A DNA stretch of 64,000 nt from Gammaproteobacteria bacterium (GTDB taxonomy: Bacteria; Pseudomonadota; Gammaproteobacteria; Steroidobacterales; Foliamicaceae): the NCBI GenBank assembly GCA_009844425.1, contig VYBN01000003.1, positions 24,435 to 88,434 on the forward strand, given 5' to 3'. A program made the position numbers and the translations under genes. Positions 1-9,335 of the stretch are shown here, piece by piece. Positions within the stretch are counted from its first letter, which is position 1. Each line of letters begins with the position of its first letter. The notes under the pieces were generated by a model, which did no database searches, had not been told where the DNA came from, and saw nothing but the letters and a program-made list of their open reading frames with translations.

Positions 1-588
1 GCGGAACAGCACGCAAGAGAGCGATCCGGCTGGGACTGGCATTGGCTGGTCGATCCGCTCGACGGCACCCGCGAGTTCATTCGCGGCGGCGAGGAATTCA
101 CCGTGAACATTGCGTTGATCCGGGGCAAGGCTCCGGTGCTCGGGGTGGTGGACGCTCCGGCCAAGGGGATCGTGTTCTTCGGTCATGAGGGCGGCGGCGC
201 TCATTCCTGCACTGCGGATTCCGATACTCCGGCGCCGATTTCGGTCCGGCGGCCGCCCGCGGATCCGTTGCGCGTGCTTGCCAGCCGCTCGCATGCCGGC
301 TCGGCGCTGGAGCTTTACATCGGCGCGCTGGGGCCCACGCACCGGCGAGCCATCTCAAGTTCGCTCAAGTTTTGCCTGATCGCACGCGGGGAGGCGGACG
401 TTTATCCGCGCATGTGGCCCATTTCGGAGTGGGATACGGCCGCCGGGCAAGCCGTGCTTGAGTGTGCGGGCGGCGCCGTGTTCGATTTGCAGGGCAGGCG
501 GCTGCGTTACGGCAAGGACTCGATCCGCGTTCCGCCGTTCATCGCCTGCGGCGACCCCGCACACGACTGGCTCGACTACCTACCGTAG
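1..588 (+). CDS. cysQ: 3'(2'),5'-bisphosphate nucleotidase CysQ; N-terminus lies outside the window
   Basis: Frame 1 is open from nt 1 (WLVDPLDGTREFI ... WDTAAGQAVL), which are inositol-monophosphatase family motifs. Same frame as track ORF 103..588. Confidence 0.85.
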   Translation, partial: AEQHARERSGWDWHWLVDPLDGTREFIRGGEEFTVNIALIRGKAPVLGVVDAPAKGIVFFGHEGGGAHSCTADSDTPAPISVRRPPADPLRVLASRSHAGSALELYIGALGPTHRRAISSSLKFCLIARGEADVYPRMWPISEWDTAAGQAVLECAGGAVFDLQGRRLRYGKDSIRVPPFIACGDPAHDWLDYLP

Positions 589-602
589 CTTTTAGTCGCG
601 GG

Positions 603-1457
603 TCAGTCGGCCCAGGCGAGGACGTCGGGGATGTAGCGTTCGGCTTCGGCGAGGTAGGCGGGCGTCAGTTCGTGAAATCCGTGGGTCTTGCGCCCGACCG
701 CATGCCAGACGGCGTGCCCCGCCTTTTCGGGCATCGCAAGAAAGCGTTGCCAGGGAGCCAGATAAACGGAAGAAAAGACCGCTTCCACGCGGCTGGGTCC
801 CGGGTCGTTCAGCGCCGGCACGTCCACTACCGTCGTGCCGTACTCGGCCAGCGGTATCGGACGCTCCTCGGGATAGTCCCGCGAGCCAACCATCAGCAGC
901 TTGTCGCCGCTGCGCACCCAACTCAGGTCCAGCGCCTCGGGATCGCCTCCGGCCGTCGGCCGTTCGGTAATGCGTCCCTGGTCGTCGGGTTCCAGAATCA
1001 TGTGCGAGCCGATCACGTTGGGTTCCACCTGGTTCATCTCGCCGGTAAACGGATTGCGGTATTCCTTGCCGTTGAGAATATCGCCCGTTTCGGGATCCTT
1101 GAAAACGGTCATCACCTTCGACCAGATTTCGTAGCGGTTCTCGTCCAGGCGTTCCACGCGCTTGGTCTCGCAGCCCTCGGCGGCGAACAGCACGCGCGGA
1201 TTGTCATCCGGCGTCACCGCCACGTAAACGCCGCTCCACCACCAGGGCGAAACGCCGCCGTTCAAATCCGCGCGCACCCGAACGAAATTGCGGAACAGGC
1301 TCTCGGGGGTGGCGCTCCAGGCGTCGCTCAGGTCTTGAGTGGGAGCGCCCTCGTCCCCCGGAGTGCCGGGAGCGCAGGCCGCCGCCAGACCGCCAAGCGC
1401 AAGGGCCGACACTCCAAGCAGGTCCCGGCGGTTCAATTCGCGGTTCGATTCGGGCAT
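603..1457 (-). CDS. Tat-signal secreted protein, probably DUF1838 family
   Basis: 284-aa ORF with an N-terminal twin-arginine signal (NRRDLLGVSALALGG). The DUF1838 resemblance is from memory only. Confidence 0.7.
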   Translation of the reverse strand: MPESNRELNRRDLLGVSALALGGLAAACAPGTPGDEGAPTQDLSDAWSATPESLFRNFVRVRADLNGGVSPWWWSGVYVAVTPDDNPRVLFAAEGCETKRVERLDENRYEIWSKVMTVFKDPETGDILNGKEYRNPFTGEMNQVEPNVIGSHMILEPDDQGRITERPTAGGDPEALDLSWVRSGDKLLMVGSRDYPEERPIPLAEYGTTVVDVPALNDPGPSRVEAVFSSVYLAPWQRFLAMPEKAGHAVWHAVGRKTHGFHELTPAYLAEAERYIPDVLAWAD

Positions 1458-1515
1458 GGGCGTTTCCTCTGTTTCGAAGGGGCCTTATAGTAGCGCGGCG
1501 CGAACGAGATGCTTG

Positions 1516-2973
1516 ATGCACGAACGGGCTCCATTCCATATCAAGGCGCTGCACGGGTTCACCGGATCGGTGGGGAACCTGGTGTTCGTGGTGTTCGAGC
1601 TGTTCGTGCTGTTCTTCTATCAGCGCGTCGTTGGCCTGGACGGCCGTCTTGTCGGTCTGGCCATTTTCATCAGCCTGGTCGTGGACGCCCTGACCGATCC
1701 CGTCATCGGCGATTGGTCCGACCGTCTGCGGGCCAGGTTCGGACGTCGGCACACGATGATGTTCGGTTCGGTGCTGCCGATGGGACTGTTCTTTTTCCTG
1801 CAGTTCACCCCGCCGGCGGGCCTTTCGCAGCAGGGCCTGTTCCTGTGGCTGCTGGTCATGTCCGTCGGCGCTCGCGTGATGTTGACCTTCTTCGACGCTC
1901 CTGCGGCGGCGGTTACGGCCGAGGTGGCTGTCCGCCCGGCCGATCGGGCCGAAATGGGCATTTATCGCCAGGTGGCGGGATTGGTTGCCTACCTGGGCAT
2001 CCTCTACCTTGCCTTCAGCGTTTTCTTCAACACCACCGAGGCGTTTCCGGTAGGCCAGGAGAACCCCGCCGCCTACGCGCCGTTCGGCGCCGCTGCCGCC
2101 ATCGCGCTGATGGTGTTCATGATCGTGGCGTCGGCCGGAACCTACCGGCACATCCGGCGCTTTGAAAACAGGCTGCCACCGCCCTCCAGGACCCGGTTCG
2201 ACTGGATGAAGACGCTTCGGTCCTGGGGCGAGCTGATCCTCCAGGTGCGCAATACGCGGGCGCTGTTCTGGGGTCTGCTGCTGGCCACGACCATGGGCTC
2301 CTGCTTCCGTTCGCTGAATCTGCATTTCGGCCCGTATCTCTGGGGGCTGACCACGGAGCAGATGCAGGCCTGGCAGCAGGCGGTGCCCTACGGGATGCTG
2401 GCCGCCGCCGTGGGCGCGCGGTTCATCGTTACGCGGACCGAGCCGAAATATCTCTATCTGACGGGCTATACGATCCTGCTCACGTCCTATGTGGCGCCGC
2501 TGTTTCTGACCCTGCCGGGATTGCTGCCCGAATTCGGGAGTGGCGCTCTGGCTGGTGTCCTGTTCGGTTTTCAGTTGGCGGCCGGCCTGGGCGCGGGCCT
2601 GCTGATGATCTGTTCGCTGATCATGTTCGCCGAAACGACCGACGAGTACCGGTTCGTGCGCAACGTTTCGCGCACCGCGCTGATTCTGGGCCTGATCACC
2701 TTCGGCAACAAGCTCGCCAGCGGCCTGGGCAAGGTGGTCTCGGGCTGGATTCTTGAGTGGGTGGGCTTCCCGGACGTGAAGTCCGGCGTGGAGGTGACTC
2801 CGCAGGTGGCGAGCGACCTTGCACTCTACGCCGGGGTGTTTTGCGCGGTCGCCGGCCTGGCCGGCCTGGCGGTCCTGTCCACTTTCCGCCTGACGCGGAC
2901 CCGCCATGCCGAAATCGTCGCCGGCCTGCGCGAACGGGACAGGATGATGCAGACCGAGGCGGCATCGGGATAG
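1516..2973 (+). CDS. MFS transporter of the glycoside-pentoside-hexuronide:cation symporter type
   Basis: ATG at 1516; the longer track ORF from 1339 would overlap the divergent upstream gene. Multi-TM protein. VVDALTDPVIGDWSDRLRARFGRR fits the D-x-x-D-P-x-x-G-x-x-x-D-R signature of GPH transporters. Confidence 0.85.
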   Translation: MHERAPFHIKALHGFTGSVGNLVFVVFELFVLFFYQRVVGLDGRLVGLAIFISLVVDALTDPVIGDWSDRLRARFGRRHTMMFGSVLPMGLFFFLQFTPPAGLSQQGLFLWLLVMSVGARVMLTFFDAPAAAVTAEVAVRPADRAEMGIYRQVAGLVAYLGILYLAFSVFFNTTEAFPVGQENPAAYAPFGAAAAIALMVFMIVASAGTYRHIRRFENRLPPPSRTRFDWMKTLRSWGELILQVRNTRALFWGLLLATTMGSCFRSLNLHFGPYLWGLTTEQMQAWQQAVPYGMLAAAVGARFIVTRTEPKYLYLTGYTILLTSYVAPLFLTLPGLLPEFGSGALAGVLFGFQLAAGLGAGLLMICSLIMFAETTDEYRFVRNVSRTALILGLITFGNKLASGLGKVVSGWILEWVGFPDVKSGVEVTPQVASDLALYAGVFCAVAGLAGLAVLSTFRLTRTRHAEIVAGLRERDRMMQTEAASG

Positions 2974-2979
2974 AAGACC

Positions 2980-3789
2980 ATGCCGACCCTTACGCCGGAA
3001 CAGGCCCAGCGGGCCGCCGAGCGCCTCGACGAGGCGGAGCGGACGCGGCGCCAGATGGCCCCGCTTACCTTCGACTATCCGGACATGGACCTGGTGGACG
3101 CGCACGCCGTGCAGGACGCCTGGATCCACATGAAGGTGACTCGCGGCGCAAATATCCGGGGACGGAAGGTGGGATTGACATCCAAGGCGATGCAGCGGGC
3201 CATGAACATCGGTGAGCCGGACTACGGCACCCTGCTGGACGATATGTTCTTCGGCGATGGGGCGGAAATCGAAGCGGCCGGCTTTCTTGATCCGCGGGTG
3301 GAAGTGGAGATCGCATTCGTGCTCGGCAGGCCGCTTGCGGGAGAGAACGTAACGGTAGATGAGGTGCTGGCGGCCACGGAGGCCGTGTATCCGTCGCTGG
3401 AGTTGATCGCGGCGCGCAGCTACCGGGTCGATCCTGAAACCGGACGCACCCGAACGGTGATCGACACCATCGCCGACAACGCGGCTTCCGCCGGCGTGGT
3501 CCTGGGCGCCAGGGGCTTCGAACCGGGCGAAGTGGACCTTCCCTGGTCCGGCGCGATTCTCTACCGCAACGGTGAAGTGGAGGAAACCGGTCTTGCGGCC
3601 GGGATCATGGGGCACCCCGCCAACGGCGTGGTCTGGCTGGCGCGCCGTTTTGCGGCGCACGGCATCGCCTTGCAGGAGGGCGACGTAATCCTGAGCGGAT
3701 CGTTTACGCAGCCGGTGGCGGCGCGCGCGGACGATGAATTTCTGGCAGACTTCGGCCCGCTCGGGCGGATTGGCTGCCGATTTATATAG
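2980..3789 (+). CDS. hpaH: 2-oxo-hept-3-ene-1,7-dioate hydratase / 2-keto-4-pentenoate hydratase family
   Basis: 269-aa ORF resembling the HpaH/HpcG/MhpD family (KVGLTSKAMQ, EVEIAFVLG, SGSFT). Lies immediately upstream of an HpaI-type aldolase gene. Confidence 0.8.
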   Translation: MPTLTPEQAQRAAERLDEAERTRRQMAPLTFDYPDMDLVDAHAVQDAWIHMKVTRGANIRGRKVGLTSKAMQRAMNIGEPDYGTLLDDMFFGDGAEIEAAGFLDPRVEVEIAFVLGRPLAGENVTVDEVLAATEAVYPSLELIAARSYRVDPETGRTRTVIDTIADNAASAGVVLGARGFEPGEVDLPWSGAILYRNGEVEETGLAAGIMGHPANGVVWLARRFAAHGIALQEGDVILSGSFTQPVAARADDEFLADFGPLGRIGCRFI

Positions 3790-3798
3790 AACAGGAAG

Positions 3799-4566
3799 AT
3801 GGAATTACCGAAAAACCGATTCAAGCGCGCGCTGAGCGAAGAAGGCGTGCAATTTGGCCTGTGGCTGGCCCTCGCGTCGCCGGTGGCCGCGGAACTGTGC
3901 GCATGCGTCGGCTTCGACTGGCTGCTGATCGACGGCGAGCATGGAGCCGACGATTTTCGCTCGACTTATTCGCAATTGCAGGCCATCGAGGGCGCCGGGA
4001 CGCCGGCCATCGTGAGGCTGGCGGACGACGATCCGGTCCGGATCAAGCGCTACCTGGACATGGGCGTGCAGTCGCTGCTGATACCCATGGTGGACACGGC
4101 GGAACAGGCGGAAAGGCTGGCGGCAGCCGTGCGCTATCCGCCGCGCGGCATCCGCGGTCTGGCCACTTCGATTACCCGTGCCTCACGCTGGACTCAAATC
4201 GAGGACTACGCCCGCCACGCCGACGAGCAGATCTGCCTGATCGTGCAGGCGGAAACCGTTACCGCGCTGGACAATCTGAAGGCCATCGCTGCGGTGGACG
4301 GCGTGGATTCGGTGTTCGTCGGACCATCCGACCTGTCGGCATCCATGGGCTACCTGGGCCAGCCCGGTCATCCGGAGGTGCAGGCGGCGATCGCCCAGGC
4401 GTTGCGGGACATTGCCGCCTCGGGCAAGGCACCGGGAACCCTGGCCGGCTCCCCGGAAGCGGTTCGCACGCACACGGCCAACGGCGCGAAGTTCCTGGGC
4501 ATAGGGAGCGACACCGCCCTGCTGGTCGGCGGCTCCAGGGGTCTGCTGAATTCAGTCGCAGGCTGA
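3799..4566 (+). CDS. hpaI: HpcH/HpaI family 2,4-dihydroxyhept-2-ene-1,7-dioate aldolase
   Basis: 255-aa ORF. N-terminal NRFKRAL...FGLWL, then DWLLIDGEHG, PMVDTAEQA and YPPRGIRG are typical HpaI motifs. AGGAAG lies upstream of the ATG. Confidence 0.85.
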   Translation: MELPKNRFKRALSEEGVQFGLWLALASPVAAELCACVGFDWLLIDGEHGADDFRSTYSQLQAIEGAGTPAIVRLADDDPVRIKRYLDMGVQSLLIPMVDTAEQAERLAAAVRYPPRGIRGLATSITRASRWTQIEDYARHADEQICLIVQAETVTALDNLKAIAAVDGVDSVFVGPSDLSASMGYLGQPGHPEVQAAIAQALRDIAASGKAPGTLAGSPEAVRTHTANGAKFLGIGSDTALLVGGSRGLLNSVAG

Positions 4567-5061
4567 CAGAAACAGCCTGAACAGGCCCCGGATTTCTTCC
4601 AGCGCTTCGGTCAGCGAGTGGCCGGCGCGCAGAAGATGCAGGCGCGCCTTGTTGGCGCGCGCGAACTCGATGCTCCATTGAGGAGGAACGATGTCGTCCT
4701 CCCAGCCGTGCACGACGAAGGCTGGCGCGTCCACTGTGTCCTCAAGCGGCGGCCAATCCGGCACTGCCAGGGCCGGCGCCATCAGGAACAGCCCGGCGGC
4801 GGGCTGCCGCTGAGCGGCGGCCACGGCCACATAGCCGCCCATGCTGCTGCCCACCAGCAGGATCTCATCGTCTGATTCGCGCATCCGCGCAACCAGTTTC
4901 GCGGCCCTTTCCGCAGGATTGGGCATACCCCGGTAGTCGATCGAATCCACATCCAGGCCGGCGTCGCGGGCATCCTGTGCGAGCGCCGTGATCTTGGTTC
5001 CCCAGGGGCCGCTCTCCTGGCCGTGTGAAAACAGAACGATGCGGCGTTGACTCACCCGCAC
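4552..5061 (-). CDS. small alpha/beta-fold esterase (YqiA-like)
   Basis: About 167 aa with the nucleophile elbow VGSSMGG. The more likely start is GTG at 5055, forming a GTGA overlap with the stop of the upstream hydrolase gene. Confidence 0.7.
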   Translation of the reverse strand: MRVSQRRIVLFSHGQESGPWGTKITALAQDARDAGLDVDSIDYRGMPNPAERAAKLVARMRESDDEILLVGSSMGGYVAVAAAQRQPAAGLFLMAPALAVPDWPPLEDTVDAPAFVVHGWEDDIVPPQWSIEFARANKARLHLLRAGHSLTEALEEIRGLFRLFLSACD

Positions 5062-5876
5062 TCGGCCGGCGTTTCGGGCAGGCGGTCCCGGTCGAAGAAC
5101 TCCCGCAGCATGGCGCCGGCAATCGGGGTGTACGCATCCAGAAACCCATGCCCCCAGCCGGGCAGGTTCACCATCCCGCCATTTCTGATCAATTCGGGCG
5201 CGCGCAGGCTTTGCTTCCAGAGGTCGTCCTCGGGGTTGAGGACCAGCAGCGGAACCTTAAGGGTCGGCATCCTTTCCCACAAGGGATAGTTGAAGGCGGC
5301 GCGATGGCCCCACCAGTACTTGTCGCCGCCGCGCAGCGATTCGGTGAACATGGCCGCGGCCTTTTCCAGGCCGTGGTGTTTCCGATGCCAGCGGATGAAT
5401 CCCTTCCAGCGCATGACCAGGTGTGATCCGTCCTCCGCGATCGGCTTGGCGGCGTAGAGGCTTCTGTGCTCGTCGAGTTCCTCTTTGGTGAACAGCGGCG
5501 CCGAGATCATCACGACGTGGCGTACCTGCTCGGGCCGCCGCAACCCCAGTTCAACGGCTGTTTTGGAGCCTGTGTGGTAGCCGATCAGATCGAATTCGTC
5601 CAGGCCAAGCTGGTCGGCAACCGCTTCCATGGCATCGGCGTAGTCTTCGATCTCCGGCGGCTTGGCAGGTGCGTCCGAAGCGCCGAAGCCCGGCGTGTCC
5701 GGAGCCACCGCCAACCGGTCCCGCCCCAGCTCCGCAAGAATGCTCTCGTAAACCAGCCCCGAATTCGGACTCATGTGAAAACACATAACCGACCGCCGTC
5801 CCGAGCCTGCCTCGGCGCCCGCCACGCGCAGATGCACCTGCCCGTGCGGCCCATCCACGTACTGCTTGCGAATCAT
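5052..5876 (-). CDS. alpha/beta-fold hydrolase
   Basis: ATG at 5876 is preceded by AGGAGGAATA; the track ORF starts at a TTG at 5906. Contains a GYHTGS nucleophile elbow and a C-terminal GHG. Confidence 0.8.
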   Translation of the reverse strand: MIRKQYVDGPHGQVHLRVAGAEAGSGRRSVMCFHMSPNSGLVYESILAELGRDRLAVAPDTPGFGASDAPAKPPEIEDYADAMEAVADQLGLDEFDLIGYHTGSKTAVELGLRRPEQVRHVVMISAPLFTKEELDEHRSLYAAKPIAEDGSHLVMRWKGFIRWHRKHHGLEKAAAMFTESLRGGDKYWWGHRAAFNYPLWERMPTLKVPLLVLNPEDDLWKQSLRAPELIRNGGMVNLPGWGHGFLDAYTPIAGAMLREFFDRDRLPETPAECG

Positions 5877-5906
5877 GCTGTATTCCTCCTGGTCAGGGAA
5901 CTGCAA

Positions 5907-6701
5907 CTACGCTGAGGCGTTCACCACCGGATAGCGAGGGTCACCCCAGTCCTCATCGGGATTCTGGATCAGCAGATAAATGACGCGCGGCGTCAATTCG
6001 CCGAGTATGGCCGCCCCATCACGAATCTGCTCCCGGTTGACACTGCTTCGCCAGGTGGCGCCGCCATGCACCAGTTGATTGCGCAGGGTATAGAGGCGGG
6101 CAAGAACGATCGCGAGCACGGTAGCCGTCTGATTCTTGTTGCCCAACGCCCTGAAGGCCGCCCTGTTCGCCCGCTCGAATTTTCGTTTCCATTCCTCTTG
6201 CCCGATTCTTCCATTGTGGGAGTCCCAGAAAGACTGAAAGACGAACTTGTTTTCGAGCAGCATGCGAATCGGCCCCGAGAACCTGTTCCACACCAGCGTG
6301 TAAAGCAGGTTGTCTTGGTCGAGCGAAACAAGCCTTCTCAGGAACCGCTGTAGCGAGACCTGTTCCCCTTCGTCCGCAGCGCGCTGGATTTCGTCGGCGT
6401 AGGCGGCATTAAGTGCAATCCACAAGAATATGAACCGTGCGTCCTCATCGTCTTCGCACAACTCGGCCCGCTTCAGCCAACTCAATGCTCGGTGAACGCG
6501 CAGTCCAAGGTGGTCGGAACGATCCTGCGTGATTCGCTCGGCCCGGTCCCTTAGCGCAGCGTGGTCGAAGCGCATGGCCTGCTCTAAGTCATCCTGCTCC
6601 TGCAGTGCGATATCCGCCTCCGTTGTGCCGTCCACGACTGCCGGGTTGATCCGTCCCTTGGGGAAGGTTGAGGGATCAGCAGGATCAATCCTGATGCGCA
6701 T
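5907..6701 (-). CDS. HEPN-motif protein (putative RNase toxin / abortive-infection type)
   Basis: 264-aa ORF. C-terminal LYTLRNQLVHGG carries the R-x4-H HEPN motif, preceded by the helical segment FIFLWIALNAAYA. The gene looks AT-richer than the flanking backbone. Confidence 0.6.
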   Translation of the reverse strand: MRIRIDPADPSTFPKGRINPAVVDGTTEADIALQEQDDLEQAMRFDHAALRDRAERITQDRSDHLGLRVHRALSWLKRAELCEDDEDARFIFLWIALNAAYADEIQRAADEGEQVSLQRFLRRLVSLDQDNLLYTLVWNRFSGPIRMLLENKFVFQSFWDSHNGRIGQEEWKRKFERANRAAFRALGNKNQTATVLAIVLARLYTLRNQLVHGGATWRSSVNREQIRDGAAILGELTPRVIYLLIQNPDEDWGDPRYPVVNASA

Positions 6702-6964
6702 CGCCCTTATGGTATCCGACCGGCAGGATTCCGTGCGAGAATGAGCGCGAAGCCGCCGAGGGTGGTTCCTGCCTAGGATTTGTGACCCCTACGGCGCTGG
6801 TTCGATTACTGCGCTTCGCTCCGTTGGCTTCGCGCTCCCGCCGGCGGCTTCATGCTCGCCGCCAATTGTAGCCTCACTACCGTACTGGAATGCGATTACA
6901 CTGCTGTTGCTTCAATTGCTTAACCCTCGACGGCGGGGCGGCAGCAACTGCCAGTGGCCTGGAT

Positions 6965-7438
6965 TTAGTCGTCTTTCGTGCGACCGCGAACGAAAGCCGT
7001 CAAGATACCTGCCAGCACGGTGCTAACAGATGCGCCGGCGACAAAAGGTCGATCCCAAATCGCGCAAATCACAGCAACTATCAAACCCATGATACCGAGC
7101 CCGAATCCCATCCATTGCCCCCTGCGGATGTCCAACTTTTGTGATCTCAAGGCAGTCATTTCCCAGTCCTGGCGATGGAATTGTTCCTTTTCCGCCAATC
7201 GAAGGATGCGCTCCGCCGCTCCGGGCAAAGTTGACTCGTAACCTTCGAGCAGGCTTGGTGGTGGGAGAGGCCCTATGAACGACGCAGCTTCAATGTATGC
7301 CACCCGCGTTCGATCGGGCAGGCTTTCCAGTATCTCCTTGGGCAGGGCCTGGTAAGGCTCTTGCCTGCCTTGGCCTTTGTGCGCGGGGATGCGTGATTTA
7401 GCCGAACGCGCGTGTTTGCTTTTCGTGCGATTTGACAT
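6965..7438 (-). CDS. DUF2335 family membrane protein
   Basis: 157 aa. LPPPSLLEGYESTLPGAAERILRLAEKEQFHRQDWE matches the DUF2335 signature as I remember it. Two C-terminal TM helices. AGGAGG lies 8 nt upstream of the ATG. Confidence 0.7.
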   Translation of the reverse strand: MSNRTKSKHARSAKSRIPAHKGQGRQEPYQALPKEILESLPDRTRVAYIEAASFIGPLPPPSLLEGYESTLPGAAERILRLAEKEQFHRQDWEMTALRSQKLDIRRGQWMGFGLGIMGLIVAVICAIWDRPFVAGASVSTVLAGILTAFVRGRTKDD

Positions 7439-7773
7439 TCCGTTGCCTCCTGACCGCGCGCCACATGTCTCTGCCGATCGCTTCCATATCGTCCCCGTAG
7501 GAACCTGGGTACCTCGTTGGCGAAAAACCTGAGGGATACAAAAGGCCCATTGACGTAATGCCGTCTGTGAAGGCCAACGTGAGCGATCGTGTCCTGATGT
7601 CCCGCTTGTAGCGCATGGCGTGTCCCTGCTTCAGTTGCAGTGAAGCATATCACTTAACGCACGCTCCGAGGCGCCACTTGCATCCGATCGGGGCGCTAGC
7701 TGCCTTGCTCATTTCATGGTATGAATTGATGCTCCCTTTCCCAAACTCAAGCGCGTAGAACGAGAAGCAACGC

Positions 7774-9327
7774 ATGCCGACATTGACGTGGCTCACGCGA
7801 GAACAGGACATCGGCGCGACGAAGCGTGTACCCTATCGTTTGCTCGAAGAGGTTTCAGAGCATTCCGCGGGCGACCGCAGTACCGGCAACATGCTGATAC
7901 AGGGCGACAATCTCGAAGCGTTGAAGGCGCTTCTGCCGTTCTACGCCGGCCGGGTGAAGTGCATCTACATCGATCCTCCGTACAACACGCGATCGGCCTT
8001 CGAGCACTACGACGACAATCTTGAGCACACCAAGTGGCTCGCCATGATGTGGCCACGGCTGGAACTGTTGCGCGAACTGCTGTCGGAGGACGGTTCGATC
8101 TGGGTTTCCATCGACGATAACGAAGCGCACTACCTAAAGGTCGTCATGGACGAGCTATTGGGCCGCAAGTCGTTCGTAGCTGATATTGCTTGGCAGCGTA
8201 CACACACACGAGAAAATCGTACCGATATTTCCAACGTGCATGACAACATCCTTGTGTATGCGAAGAACCGCGATACTTGGCGTTACCTAAGAAATCCGCT
8301 TCCCAAGTCTCAGGAACAACTGCAACGGTTCAAGAATCCAGACGACGATCCTCGTGGAAGATGGTCATCTCTTCCCATTCACGCAAAAGCTGAGAAGGGG
8401 CGTCGAAAGGAACAGTTCTTTACGATTACTCTTCCTTCGGGAAGAAACATTGATCCACCGCCGGGTCGTTGTTGGTTGTACACAGAGGAGAGATTTCGGC
8501 AAATGTGCGCCGACAATCGAATATGGTTCGGAAAGCAGGGCAATAACGCGCCACGGCTCAAGAACTTCTTGTCTGAAGTTCAGAGTGGCTTGGTTCCCTC
8601 AACGTATTGGTCGCACAAAGACGTTGGAACTACCGGTACGGCCAAGAGCGAGGTTGTAAAACTATTCGGAGGCCAGACACCATTCTCAACTCCCAAACCC
8701 GAAGCGCTAATCGAGAGAGTTATTCATATTGCAACCAACCCCGGCGACCTTGTTCTTGATTCTTTTCTCGGTTCTGGAACGACGGTAGCCGTCGCTCACA
8801 AAATGAACAGGCGCTACATCGGTATTGAGATGGGAGATCATGCGATTACGCACTGCGCGCCGCGGCTTCAGAAGGTAATCGACGGGGAACAGGGAGGCAT
8901 TTCCGAGAGCGTCGGTTGGAAAGGTGGCGGCGGATTCCGCTTCTATCGGCTGGGCCCGCCCGCGTTCGACGCGGACGGACGCATACGGCCGGAAATTGGA
9001 TTCCCTGTGCTTGCCGCGCATATCTGGTTCTCCGAAACGGGCGCTCCGTGGGATGGCATCGGCGACTCACCGTTGCTCGGAATTCACGACGGGCGGGCCT
9101 TTGCGCTGCTCTACAACGGAATCCTGGGCGATAAAAGCCCCGGAGGCGGCAACGTGCTGACCCGAGGGACACTCGCCTTGATTCGCAAGGCGTTAACGGA
9201 AGCCTCCCAAGACTTTTACGGGACGCTGACCGTGTATGGTCAGCAATCACGGCTCACTCCTGCAACGCTGGAACGTGAGCGCGTCGCCTTCAAACAGACA
9301 CCCTACGACATTCACTCGCGAACCTGA
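7774..9327 (+). CDS. mod: Type III restriction-modification DNA methyltransferase (Mod)
   Basis: 517 aa. IYIDPPYNT (motif IV) precedes DSFLGSGTT (motif I), the beta-class order. A Res helicase-nuclease gene follows 8 nt downstream. Confidence 0.9.
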   Translation: MPTLTWLTREQDIGATKRVPYRLLEEVSEHSAGDRSTGNMLIQGDNLEALKALLPFYAGRVKCIYIDPPYNTRSAFEHYDDNLEHTKWLAMMWPRLELLRELLSEDGSIWVSIDDNEAHYLKVVMDELLGRKSFVADIAWQRTHTRENRTDISNVHDNILVYAKNRDTWRYLRNPLPKSQEQLQRFKNPDDDPRGRWSSLPIHAKAEKGRRKEQFFTITLPSGRNIDPPPGRCWLYTEERFRQMCADNRIWFGKQGNNAPRLKNFLSEVQSGLVPSTYWSHKDVGTTGTAKSEVVKLFGGQTPFSTPKPEALIERVIHIATNPGDLVLDSFLGSGTTVAVAHKMNRRYIGIEMGDHAITHCAPRLQKVIDGEQGGISESVGWKGGGGFRFYRLGPPAFDADGRIRPEIGFPVLAAHIWFSETGAPWDGIGDSPLLGIHDGRAFALLYNGILGDKSPGGGNVLTRGTLALIRKALTEASQDFYGTLTVYGQQSRLTPATLERERVAFKQTPYDIHSRT

Positions 9328-9335
9328 GCGGGGCG

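Noticed and set aside
1204-3660. An 818-aa minus-strand ORF spanning three plus-strand genes. Similar long ORFs lie at 19033..20301, 31130..32878, 43185..44849, 47010..48533, 48804..50624 and 55383..56759.
   Set aside because: Their translations are Arg/Gly/Pro/His-rich and low-complexity. They lie antisense to, or out of frame with, ORFs that carry clear family motifs. These are typical stop-poor shadow ORFs of high-G+C DNA.
6781-6830. A tRNA-like T-loop fragment (GGTTCGATT) in the spacer between the DUF2335 and HEPN genes, considered as a possible att or tRNA remnant marking an island boundary.
   Set aside because: I could not fold a flanking T-stem, acceptor stem or anticodon arm by eye. 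It is a short match that could occur by chance.
7398-7616. A 72-aa minus-strand ORF upstream of DUF2335 that overlaps its start by 41 nt.
   Set aside because: It has a weak RBS, no recognisable motif and an out-of-frame overlap with a gene that has a strong AGGAGG RBS. It cannot be excluded, but it is unsupported.
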